Shown here piece after piece: positions 28,783-41,016 of a stretch of 64,000 nucleotides of DNA (position 1 is the stretch's first letter; every line of letters starts with the position of its first letter). Both the position numbers and the translations under genes were made by a program. Under the pieces are notes generated by a model. That model was not told the DNA's origin. It ran no database searches and saw nothing but the letters and a program-made list of their open reading frames with translations. The stretch spans positions 3,720,001-3,784,000 of the forward strand of contig CM075989.1 of NCBI GenBank assembly GCA_038087875.1, read 5' to 3'. This DNA is from Malacoraja senta. Taxonomy: Eukaryota.

Positions 28783-29425
28783 CAGGTCCACCACCAATTT
28801 TCCAGCAACTGATGGTCCGGCACCTCCTTTAATCCGGACAAAATTTCCAGAGCACACTTGAAATTCCCCCTGAGGTCACCCGATAATGTGGCGTCCAAGC
28901 CAGGTGAGGCGGCCGATCTCGACCATATCGGGACTCCTGCGGCCGGATTTAGTGCGAATTTGCCAACGACGCTGGGAACTCGGCAGTATGGGCGTTTGGG
29001 CACTTGAAATTCCACAGGGCTCCATGAAAACGTGGCCGCGAGGCCGGTTGAGGCGGCCGATCTCGACCTGGGCTCGCGTTTCTGTCCCTCATGGGCCGTG
29101 CGTCTGCTGGGAAAGCAGCCCCTCTTCCCCGCGGCCGGTCGCCAATCCAACCCTCATCGGCACTTCCGAGGGCAGCTCGTTCACCAGCGCCCGGGCTGCC
29201 CGTGCAAGGAATGCAAGTTTCACTGTAAATGTAATTTGCATTAAATATCTGTTTTATTTAAGTTTCTAGCAGGCCATGGTGTTTTAGAGCCAAGGGAGGT
29301 ATAATTAGTGGGTTGGAGGTGTATTGTTGATGAATTATTATTACGTGACCTCTGTTTGTCCGGCAAAACAGATGATCCAGCAAGGCCCTGGAACCAAGGG
29401 TGCCGGAAAATCGGTGGTGGACCCG
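28783..29425. mobile_element. Tc1/mariner-type MITE with GC-rich interior
   Basis: Imperfect TIR CAGGTCCACCACCAATTTTCCAGCA / TGCCGGAAAATCGGTGGTGGACCCG, TA on the right flank; similar terminus at ~18772-18796. Confidence 0.65.
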
Positions 29426-30569
29426 TAATTCACAAAGCGTCTTGGTTGCACCAGGGACTGTGGCTCTGTCTTTTTTTTTTAATATGATGAACTTTTTTGT
29501 TTGTTTTATTATTATATTAACTGTCGACAGAAGCGGACTGGGTCTAATAATATTGGTTGCCAGGAGACAAAGGGGGCCCACTTCATCAGGGGCCCACTTG
29601 ATATAGGGGGCCCACTCCATCAGGGGCCCACTTGCCATCGGGCAAGCTGACACCCTGGCCAGACTGCCACTGCCTGTCGAGTATTGTGTTTACAGATCTA
29701 TTTTTGTGCTGCAAGTTGGAAAGAGTGCGAAAAAAAACTTGTGAGGGTGTTGTCAGGACTTGATGGTCTGAGCTGTAGGGAGTGGTTGGGCTGGCTAGGG
29801 CCTAATTCCTTAGAGCACAGGAGGATGAGGGGTGATTTTATACGGTGTATAAAATCATGAGAGGAATAGGTAGAGTAGATACACAGTATTTTACCCAGAG
29901 TAGAGGAATCAAGTCGTGAAGTCAAGTCACATTTATTTATATAGCACATTTAAAAAACAACTCTCGTTGGCCAAAGTGCTTTACATTTGTTATAAGAATA
30001 GTATAAACAAACAAACTACATGCATATATACAAGAACTAGAGGCCATAGGTTTAAGGTGAGAGGAGAAAGATTTGATAGGAAACTGAGGGGCAACTTTTT
30101 CACACAGAGGGTAGTGGGTCAATGGAACAAACTGCCAGAGGGGATTGTTGAGGCAGGTACTATAACATCATATAACAGGTACATGGATAGGAAAGGTTTA
30201 GAGGGATATGGGCCAAATGCACGCAGGTGGCACAATGCAGGTGGGCTTCTTGGTTGGCATGAGCTATGTGGGCTGAAGGGCCAGTTTCCATTGACTATAA
30301 CTTGATCTGTTTCCGTACATACGACAATAAAACACTCATGACTCTTGACTTGAAATGCTTGAATACATGGAACGAGCAGTCAAATGCCGGCAGGTGGCAC
30401 TAGTGTGGATGGGACGTGTTGGTCGGCATGGGCAAGTTGGGCCGAAGGGCCTGTTCCCATGCCGTATGACTCTATGACTAATATAAAAGCACCCAGTGGC
30501 ACAATTTTACGGTGGAATTATGTGGAATTCAGATGGAATTATGTTTCCTTTTCTGCCACCTATTCACAG

Positions 30570-30734
30570 GCCAAGTGGATGAAGGAATAGCTGGGCGTCA
30601 CAAGCAGTACGAGGGTTGCATCCAAATGCTGGACAAGGAGCTTGCTTGGTACAAGCAAGCCAATCATGAGTTGAACCTGAAGCTGAAAGACCTGTCCACT
30701 TACCTGTTGAACCATCCAGCGGAGCAGAGCAAAC
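30570..30734 (+). CDS. KIF7: KIF7 penultimate exon (QVDEGIAGRHKQYEGCIQMLDKELAWYKQANHELNLKLK...)
   Basis: Polypyrimidine-CAG acceptor, GTAAGG donor, phase 1/1; resembles KIF7 QYEARIQALEKELGRY. Confidence 0.9.
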
Positions 30735-31411
30735 GTAAGGAGGATTCACTGAAATCATAACTTAAACTGCACTTCACGCCTCTGCTGCCCAGTCACTGCA
30801 ATAGGTTTGTTTTATCTTGAGAGTGACCAATATGTGAAGCCCTTTCAACAATGGGCCGGCACAGCTGCTGCCCCACAGCGCCAGAGACCCGGGTTCGATC
30901 CTAACCTCGGACGCTGTCCGTGTGGAGTTTGCATGTTTTCCCTGTGACTGAGTGGGTTTCCTCTTGGTGTTTTGTTTTCCTCTAACATCCCAAGGACGTC
31001 CAGGTTTTTAGGTTAATTGACCACTGTAAATTGCCCCTCATGTGTAGGGAGTGGATGAGAAAGTGGGATATCATAGAACCAGTGTGAATGGGTGATCGAT
31101 GGCCGGCATCGACTCCATGCTGTTTCTCTAAATAAAATAAAATTCAATAATTTGTATTCACTAAACTATAGGAGACCTATATGTTAATCAGTTTTATTTT
31201 TAATTAATCCTTCCTGATTTTTGGAGCTTCAATTTTTGGACGGGTATGTGAATAGGAAAGGTTTAGAGGGATATAGTTGAAATACGGCAACTAGCAACTT
31301 CCTTAGATGGGGCATCATGATGAGTTGGTCCGAAGGTTGGTCCGATGAATTGCTTCTGTGCTGTATGACTATGATTCTATGACTTCTTTAGTTTAGTTTA
31401 GAGATACAGCG

Positions 31412-32370
31412 TGGATGAGGGAATTGAATGTAACATCTCCAAGTTTGCGGATGACACGAAGCTGGGGGGAAGTGTTAGCTGTGAGGAGGATGCTACGAGG
31501 CTGCAAGGTGACTTGGATAGGTTGGGTGAGTGGGCAAATGCATGGCAGATGCAGTATAATGTGGATAAATGTGAGGTTATCCACTTTGGTGGCAAAAACA
31601 GGAAAGTAGACTATCTGAATGGTGGCCGATTAGGAAAAGGGGAGATGCTACGAGACCTGGGTGTCATGGTACACCAGTCATTGAAAGTAGGCATGCAGGT
31701 GCAGCAGGCAGTGAAGAAAGCGAATGGTATGTTAGCATTCATAGCAAAAGGATTTGAGTATAAGAGCAGGGAGGTTCTACTGCAGTTGTACAGGGTCTTG
31801 GTGAGACCACACCTGGAGTATTGCGTACAGTTTTGGTCTCCTAATCTGAGGAAAGACATTCTTGCCATAGAGGGAGTACAGAGAAGGTTCACCAGACTGA
31901 TTCCTGGGATGGCAGGACTTTCATATGAAGAAAGACTGGATAGACTCGGCTTGTACTCGCTAGAATTTAGATGATTGAGGGGTGATCTTATAGAAACTTG
32001 CAAAATTCTTAAGGGGTTGGACAGGCTAGATGCAGGAAGATTATTCCCGATGTTGGGGAAGTCCAGAACTAGGGGTCACAGTTTAAGGATAAGGGGGAAG
32101 TCTTTTAGGACCGAGATGAGAAAATCATTTTTTACACAGAGAGTGGTGAATCTGTGGAATTCTCTGCCACAGAAGGTAGTTGAGGCCAGTTCATTGGCTA
32201 TATTTAAGAGGGAGTTAGATGTGGCCCTTGTGGCTAAAGGGATCAGGGGGTATGGAGAGAAGGCAGGTACAGGATACTGAGTTGGATGATCAGCCATGAT
32301 CATATTGAATGGCAGTGCAGGCTCGAAGGGCCGAATGGCCTACTCCTGTACTTATTTTCTATGTTTCTAT
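31412..32370 (+). mobile_element. Young 5'-truncated CR1/HER1-like LINE nested in a minus-strand SINE
   Basis: ISKFADDTKLGG…LVRPHLEYCVQFWSP…TRGHSLRIRG with a single stop at 31972-31974 and a (TTCTATGT)-type tail; SINE sequence resumes on both sides. Confidence 0.93.
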
Positions 32371-33295
32371 GAAACAAGCCCTTCGGCCCACAGGGTCCGC
32401 GCCGACAAGCGATCCCCACACACTAACACTATCCTATACACACACTTGGGACAATTTACAATAATACCAATCCAGCTAGCCTACAAACCCATACATCTTT
32501 GGAACGTGTGAGGACACCAGAGCTCCCGGAGAAAACCCATGCAGGTCACGGGGGGAACGTACTAACTCCGTACAGACAAGCACCCGTGGTCAAGATCGAA
32601 CCCAGGTCTAGTGCTGTAAGGCAGCAACTCTACCACTGCGCCACTGTGCTGCTCCTATTTTTATTTTGTACCATTCTTTAAAAAAGCTTACCAATGAATG
32701 CATGTTATGGCAACGCGGGCTTTCCATGAACTTTGTGTCTGAGTAAGGATGCCTGTCCCTCCTTTGTACTAGCCTTCCATCTTGGACCATATTTGAAGCT
32801 TTCTGTCTGTTACTTCTATAATATATGAAGTAAAACATGAATTTATCCCATCTTTCATATCACAGTGAAGTTCCCAGTATTTTGCACCAAACTATTTTCA
32901 AATGGTGAGCAAAGTTGCCACTTGCAGCCCTTAGTGTGATGTTACTGTTGAGCTACTCCCTCAAGTCTAATATTACCCAGGATGGCAAAGAGGTCTAACT
33001 TGCCCTGGATGGGGATTCCGTAAGTGGGTTGGCCTCTACCAGGTTTTCCCTGTGTAGGAAGAAACTGCAGATGCTCGTTTATACCGAAGACCGGCACAAA
33101 GTGCAGGAGTAACTCAGTGGGTCAGGCAGCATCTCTGGAGAAAAGGAATAGGTGATGTTTCGGGTCGAGACCCTTCTTCAGACTGAGAGTCAGGGGAGAG
33201 GGAAGCGAGAGATATGAAAAGCTACAGAACAAATCAGAGCTGCCACCGATGGCCTGTGTATAAACCATCTTGCAATTCCCTGGGTTTTATCTCAA

Positions 33296-33489
33296 ATCTA
33301 GAAAGAAAGAGGTGGACCCATAAAAATAAATCCTGTGTCTTTCAACGCAAAAAGCCGGAGTAACTGCCGGTCAGATAGCATCTCTGGAGAAAAGGAATAG
33401 GTGATGCTATCTGACCGGCAGTTACTCCGGCTTTTTGCGTTGAAAGACACAGGATTTATTTTTATGGGTCCACCTCTTTCTTTCTAGAT
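33296..33489. repeat. Perfect inverted repeat, 87-bp arms, 20-nt loop
   Basis: 33296-33382 is the exact reverse complement of 33403-33489. Confidence 0.95.
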
Positions 33490-33761
33490 CTTAGGTCGAA
33501 ACCCTTCTTCAAACACCCAAATCTTCAGTCTCGACCCGAAATGTCACCTATTCCTTTTCTCCAGAGATGCTGCTGAGTTACTCCAGCTTGTTGTGTCTAT
33601 CTTCAGTTTAAACCAGCATCTGCGGTTCCTTCCTACACAACACTGTCTTTTCACTGGATCCTTCTGACTTTTTACCACTTTATCAATGTAACTGATTTTG
33701 AATATCGCTAATCTGGGGCAAAGGATGTAAAATAACAAACTTCTACATCTTTCCTCTCAAG

Positions 33762-34144
33762 GTCTCGGAGCTGTGAGTAGAACTCAGCCGACTATAGATC
33801 GAGTGCTCCCTGCAGTTGGAGGAGAAGTAAATGGCAATAGTATTCCGTCAGAGCAATCGTTTGCAGGGTCGGTGGCTCCGGAACAGACGACCAGGTTGAA
33901 GGAGGAGCTCCGAGATTTGGTTCACGTGCCGCTGCCACCGACATGGCGGAGATCGTCGCTGCCAACAGAGGAAGAACTGGACCATTTTGGCAACAGAGTG
34001 GTACAGCCTGCAGAGGGTGCCATGCACTGGAGTATCACACCCGGACAGAAACCCCAGAAAGCACCCAGGCACACAAATCTCAACGCAAGCATCAGTTACT
34101 TCAATCCTGGGATCATTGATGTCCGGAAGAATCCAGTGGGATAA
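33762..34144 (+). CDS. KIF7: KIF7 last coding exon (…REELRDLVH-like, LPPTWRRSSLP…GIIDVRKNPVG*)
   Basis: AG at 33760-33761, in phase with the previous exon; characteristic KIF7 C-terminus IDVRKNP; TAA at 34142-34144. Confidence 0.95.
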
Positions 34145-35440
34145 CCAAATGTTGGACGCCATACGCCATTTAAGAATGCAAAGAGTCAGATGTCCATTTT
34201 ATTTTGTAGAGATACAGCGCGGAAACAGGCCCTTTGGCCCACCGAGTCCACACCGACCAGCGATCCCTGCACATTAATGCTAAGGACAATACATTTTTAC
34301 ATTTATACCAAGATAATAATTAACCTACAAGCCTGTACGTCTTTGGAGTGTGGGAGGAAACTGAAGATCTCGGAGAAAACCTACGCAGGTCACGGAGAGA
34401 ATGTACAAACTCTGTGCAGACAAGCATCCATAGTCAGGATTGAACTCTGGCGCTGTGAGGCAGTACCTCCACCGCTGCACCACTGTGCTGCCCTAAGATA
34501 TACTAGTGTTTGGGAGCGCCTGATCTGATGAGTCCGCCAGAGGTCTCGATGTGAGAGAGGGATCAGCGAGGCTGAACCTGGGTCTCTGGCGTTGTAAGCG
34601 CTGTATGGCAGCAATTCTACCACCGTGCCATCGCTAAAGCTAAGAAAACAGTAGTACATAATAAAAAACACTCTTGACTTCAACATTTTGGAGGGAAAGC
34701 AACTAGTTTTCTACAAATGAACTAAAATCTGAAAAGCAACAGTTAAAACATTGTGCTGAAGCTTTAATGAACTGGGCAGACGTAATAAACGCCTTTCAAC
34801 TGACTTCACTTTAAACAAAACTCCTTAAGAGCGGCAATGAGATTCATGACTTCCGCAATTAAGGGTGAAACTCTATGAAAGAATTAGAACAACACTAAGT
34901 ATTAACAATCCCAGTGCTGGGTAGCTAAATCCACTGCCTTGATCTCGCTTGAGGAGGGAACTGCTGGGACTTCCTAAGGATTAAGTTTATCTGGTCCCAT
35001 CTGGATTTCCTTTAAAAGTAATGATAATTAATTTTCTTGTAGATGCTCTTGTGCTTTTTGTTTCTGTTTTTTCTTTGGTGGTTTGTGCTTCAGAGAGGAA
35101 CAGCTGGAATTATCCGGTCTGCCACTTTGCTGTTTAAATTTTAATTAACATTATTCTGTTGTGGAAACATTTTGTACAATTTTGAGAACCTCATCCCTTG
35201 TTTAGGAACAGGTCACTTTCATATGCCAAAAGTTGGCTATAATTTCTGGTGAAGCTCACTTTTTTGTTTCACGTTCAGATGGGTCATTGGAATTAAAAAC
35301 AAATTAAGTAATGGTTCTGAAGTTGTAGCATAGATCAAACCGTATTATCCAGAGGAAGAGTTTACAACTTGATTTTCTAATGGTTCTCAAACCACATAGA
35401 GATTCAATGATGTAAGATCAGTGTAGGAAGGAACTGCAGA

Positions 35441-35587
35441 TACACAAAAATGCTGGAGAAACTCAGCGGGTGCAGCAGCATCTATGGAGCGAAGGAAATA
35501 GGCAACGTTTCGGCCCGAAACGTTGCCTATTTCCTTCGCTCCATAGATGCTGCTGCACCCGCTGAGTTTCTCCAGCATTTTTGTGTA
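35441..35587. repeat. Perfect palindrome, 73-bp arms, 1-nt spacer
   Basis: 35441-35513 is the reverse complement of 35515-35587. Confidence 0.95.
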
Positions 35588-36124
35588 CCTTCGATTTTCC
35601 AGCATCTGCAGTTCCTTCTTTAACACAAGGAACTGCAGATGTTGGTTAACACACCGAAGATAGACACAAAATGCTGGAGTAACTCAGCGGGACATGCAGC
35701 ATCTTTGGAGAGAAGGAATGCGTGATGTTTCAGGTTGAGACCCTTCTTCAGACTCTCCCCTAACGTAGCCTGAAGGAGGGTCTCGACTGGAAACGTCACC
35801 TCTTCCTGTACTCCGGAGATGCTGTCTGACCCGCTGAGTTACTCCAGCTTTTTGTGTCTATATGGAACATGCCAGGATAGATACAGGTGTCACTAAACGA
35901 TGCAGGGAGGTCTTCTTCTTGCGAATGAAACATAAACCAAAGGACTAATTAGATCTCAAGGCGGGTGTTGAGCAGCCAGGTTGTTGTCTCTGCATCAATG
36001 TCTGCCAGGCCCCGATCTCCATTTGGTGGGTGGTAGAGCGGGCATCCAGAGGTGTAAGGGGGAGGTGGTTCTGCTACTCCCCCAGGTGTACACTACTCCT
36101 CACACTCCCGTTATTTCTGAATCC

Positions 36125-36525
36125 CCATCCACAATCTCCCGGTACCTTCCCCTACAACCACAGAAGATGCAGCACCTGCCTGTATACTTCCTCCCTTGAC
36201 TCCATCCAGGGATCCCGGCAGTCCTTCCAGGTGAGACAGAGGTTCACATGTATCTCCTGTAACCTCATCTGCTGCATCCAGTGTTCCCAATGTGGACTCT
36301 ACACGGCTGGGACCAAATGTGGACTTGGCCACGGTTTTTCTGAACACTTGCGCTTGGTCCACCGAGGCCAACCATTTCAACTCCCCTTCCCATTCCCACA
36401 CTGACCTCTCAGACCTGGGCCTCCTCCACCTTTGCCAGACTGAGGCCCCACGAAAGTAGAGGAGTATTTCACGGGTAGCTTACAATCCAGCGGTATGAAC
36501 ATTGAATTCCCTAATTTTATGTAAC
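36125..36525 (+). mobile_element. Penelope-like GIY-YIG fragment
   Basis: PGTFPYNHRRCSTC…SFQVRQRFTC…NLICCIQCSQCGL, homologous to 40430-40830. Confidence 0.85.
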
Positions 36526-39370
36526 TTCTCCCGAGTTCTTCTTCCCCTTCCCTCCCCCCCCCCTTGCTTCCTTTCTCACCCTAGTCGTGTAACCAGTTCT
36601 ACCGTTTACCACACAGCATACCTCTTGAGATCACACCTTCCCCAGCCAATAATGGACCTACCAGGACACCACCCTGCCTGAGGTCATTTGCTGCCAGACC
36701 TGATTGCTCCTGGTCTTTTAGTTTAGTTTAGAGATACAGCGTGGAAGCAGGCCCCGACGGCCCACCGTGTCCGCACCAACCAGCGATACCCCGCACATTA
36801 ACACATTAACTCTACCACTACGCCACCATGCCGCTGTTTCTCGCCTCCAGCTCTTCACCCCCATCCACCCCTCTCAGCCTTAACACCCAACACGTCACCC
36901 ATCCTTTTCCTCCAGAGACGCTGCCTGATCCGTTGAGTTACTTTTCCACTTTGTGTCGATGGTGTAAACCTGCATCTGCAATGCTTCACTTCTACATCGG
37001 GAGGCGGTATTTTAGTTAGCAAGCTTTCAGCAAATGGCCAAATAAATAAAAAATATACTTGCAGTGTTGGCTCCCCGATTAATGCAGCAGTTTTTGGTTG
37101 ATGACTGTCCCAACTCATCTTTACAACTTCATCAGAGGTTGTATGGAGGGTGTGGTCACAAGGTGTGTCAAGTGTAAACAAGTAAGTCTTTCATTTGGAA
37201 CTGCTGCTGTATCTAATCCAAGAGTGCTTTATAGAACAGTGTGTAACATGTAGCTCTTCAATGCCACGTAGCTACGGACACTACTGAGCAGATAGAAAGG
37301 AGTTTTAGTTTTGTAAGCATTTCAACAATTTTCTACATAACTTTTCTGCTTTTTGTACTTTTTTAAACTCTATGGTACCAACAGGTTTACTTGTGTAGCC
37401 TATGTTTCGAATAGCAATACAAACTATTTCTTTACCGCTGTCTCGTGCAGTTATTGTTGTTGTTGCTGTTTCCAGATAAAAGGTCTCCTTGGTTGATTTG
37501 GAAACAATGTGTATAAGTCGTGCAATTCACATAAGTTTGCTTTAAGACATTCCAGGCGCCTGTTTTCAAATACAGTGATTCAGTGTTACTTTATAGTCAC
37601 ATGTACCTAGATACAGTGAAATACTTTGTTTTGCATTCACCCCGACAGCACAAGTGTCGCCACGTTTTGGCACCAACAATGTTACAAAAGTTCACCAAAC
37701 AGTTTGACCTACTGCCTGCCGCCGCACGTGGCAGCAGGCGGCCCCTCGCGTTCGGCGGTTCCCAGCCGGGTTCCCCCACCATTCTCGGTGCCCCCCTCGC
37801 TCTCAGTGACGTGGGTCCCGTCGACAATGGCTCAGGGCCAAGATCAGTCCTCGCAAGGTGAGCCAGGCCTGCAACCTATAACTGCACCCAATATGGAGAT
37901 TAGTTCAGTTTGATGATGCAGTATGGAAACCGAATGCACGCTGACCATCAATCACATGTTCATACTAGTTCTATGTTATCCCACTATCCCATTCACTCCC
38001 TACACACTAGGGGTACATTACAGAGGGCCAATTAACCTACACACCTGCACATCTTTGGGATGTGGGAGGAATCTGGAGCACCTGGAAGAAACCCACGTGA
38101 TCACAGGGTGAACACACAAACTCCACCCGAGGTCAGGATCGAACCTGGACTCTGGTGCTTTCAGGCAACAACTCTGGCAGCTGTGCCACTTTGCCGTCAC
38201 GTATTCTTGCACAGTGCCAATGTACATTCACACAATTATACAAATTTTCACAGACATGTTCTCCAGGTGTTCCATATCTTTCTAGACATGGAAGATGGAG
38301 AGAGAGAGCGGAGACTTTAGTGTAATGCATTCTTACTGGTACTGTGCATTCACTATCTCTTGGTCTGCAGATATTAGTTTAGGGATACAGCACGGAAACA
38401 GACACTTCGGCTCACCGAGTCCGCACCGACCAGCGTCCCAGTACACTAACACTATCCTACACACATTAGGGATAATTTACATTTATACCAAGCCAATTAG
38501 CCTACATACCTGTACATCTTTGGAGTGTGGGAGGAAACCGAAGCTCCCGGAGAAAACCCACGTGGTCACAGGGAGAACGTACAAACTCCGTACAGACAGC
38601 ACCGGTAGTCAGGATCGAACCCGGGTCTCTGGCGCTGTGAGGCAGCAACTCTATCGCTGCACCACCATGCCGCACACAACACACTGTTTTGGCTTGGTGT
38701 GAGGTAGGTGATGGTGGCGACCTATTGCATTTGAACATGAAAAGAAGCATTCGCACGTGCTTCCCGTCAAATAAATGTGTCTGCTTAACCGATCTTTCAC
38801 TTTACAAAGGATGGGAGAGAGAGAGGCCTGTTCACCTTACCAGTGTGGCCTACACACTTACTCTGATTAAACAAAGCATTGACATTTGTGCACAGTTGGC
38901 GATTAAGTGTGGCATCTACTGTGCACCGACACAGTTATCACTTCTTGGCCAACTCAAGATGAGAAGGTACACGAGTCTGAAGAAGAGTTTCGACCCGAAA
39001 CGTCACCCATTCCTTCTCTCCGGAGATGCTGCCTGTCCCGCTGAGTTACTCCAGCATATTGTGTCTATCCAGGCACATGACCAATTGCTTCTGACATCAC
39101 CGTCCTGAATGTTCAAATTGCTTACAGGGTCATCTGTGAGCAGAGGCTGACAAAAATGCTGGAGAAACTCAGCGGGTGAGGCAGCATCTATGGAGAGAAG
39201 GAATAGGCGGCGTTTTGGGTCGAGACCTTTCTTCAGACTGATGAGCAGAGGCTGATCACCTCATGCCTTCAGCCTGCCATTGCTCAGTTAAGCTCATTGT
39301 TCTCATTAATGATACAGAGAACAGGCTGGTTATGTCCAATTATCACACTTCCAGACATAACATCTCTTAA

Positions 39371-41016
39371 CCGAACTTATTTCCACATACCTCAACTCCA
39401 TCCTAACCCCCTGGTTAAATCCCTCCCTACCTATGTCCAAAACACCTCACAGGCTCTTCGACTACTCCATGACTTCCATTTTCTAGGCCCCCATTCCCCC
39501 ATCTTCACCATGGACGTCCAGTCACTCTACACCTCCATCCCCCACCAGGAGGGTCTTAAAGCCCTCCGTTTCTTCCTCGACCGGAGAACCAACCAATCCC
39601 CATCTACTGATACTCTCCTCCGCCTAGCGGAGCTGGTTCTTACCCTTAATAACTTCTCGTTTGACTCCTCCCATTTCCACCAAATACAAGGCGTAGCTAT
39701 GGGCACGCGCATGGGCCCAAGCTATGCCCGCCTCTTTGTAGGGTTTGTCGAACAATCTTTGTTTGAGGCGTACCAGGGCCCTATCCCCGAACTCTACCTC
39801 CGCTACATCGACGACTGGATTGGTGCTACCTCCTGCACACACACACAACTCACTGACTTCATCCATTTCACCACTAACTTCCATCCTGCACTCAAATACA
39901 CCTGGACCATTTCCGACACTTCCCTACCATTTCTAGACCTCACTATCTCCATCGCAGGTGATAGACTACTGACCGACATCCACTATAAACTCATTAACAC
40001 CCATGGCTACCTGGACTACACTTCTTCCCACCCTGCTTCCTGTAAGGACTCCATCCCCTACTTCCAATTCCTCCGTCTACGCCGCATCTGCACCCAGGAT
40101 GAGGTGTTCCACACCAGGGCATCGGAGATGTCCTCATTCTTCAGTGAACGGGGGTTCCCCTCTTCTACTATAGATGAGGCTCTCACCCAGGTCTCTTCTA
40201 TACCCCGTAACTCTGCTCGCACTTGTAACAAGGGCAGAGTCCCCCTTGTCCTCACCTTCCACCCTACCAGCCGTCACTTATAACAAATAATCCTCCAACA
40301 TTTTCACCACCTCCAACGGGATCCCACCACTGGCCACATCTTCCCATCTCCCCTGTCTGCTTTCCGCAGAGACCGCTCCCTCCGTAACTCCCTGGTTAAT
40401 TTGTCCCTTCCCACCCAAATCACCCCCTCTCCTGGCACTTTTCCTTGCAACCGCAGGAAATGCTATACTTGTCGCTTTACCTCCCTCCTTGACTCCATCC
40501 AAGGACCCAAGCAGTCTTTCCAGGTGCGACAGAGATTCACCTGCAACCTCATCTATTGCATCCGCTGCTCTAGGTGTCAGCTGCTCTACATCGGTGAGAC
40601 CAAGCGCAGGCTTGGCGATCGCTTCGCCCAACACCTCCGCACAGTTCGCATTAACCAACCTGATCTCCCGGTGGCTCAGCACTTCAACTCCCCCTCCCAT
40701 TCCGAATCCGACCTTTCTGTCCTGGGCCTCCTCCATGGCCAGAGTGAGGACCACTGTATATTGGAGGAGCAGCATCTCATATTTCGCTAGGGCAGTTTGC
40801 ACCCCAGCGGTATGAACATTGACTTCTCTAATTTCAGGTTGTCCCTGCTTTCTCCTCCCCTTCTCAGCTCTTCCTCAGCCCACTGTCTCCGCCTCTTCCT
40901 TTCTTCTTCCCACCCTCATATTAGTCTGAAGAACGGTATCGACCCGAAACGTTGCCAAATTCCTTCGCTCCATAGATGCTGCCTCACCACTGAGTTTCTC
41001 CAGCATTTTTGTCTAC
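39371..41016 (+). mobile_element. 5'-truncated Penelope-like retroelement (RT + GIY-YIG endonuclease + 3' terminal repeat)
   Basis: RT motifs TMDVQSLYTSIP, GVAMGTRMGPSYA, YLRYIDD, LPFLDL; downstream IYCIRCSRCQLLYIGETKRRLGDRFAQH; internal stop at 40281-40283. Confidence 0.93.

Noticed and set aside
39151..39241. Inverted terminal repeat belonging to the adjacent Penelope body
   Set aside because: It has its own 14-bp TSD and is separated by ~115 bp of unrelated sequence, so it is a separate insertion.
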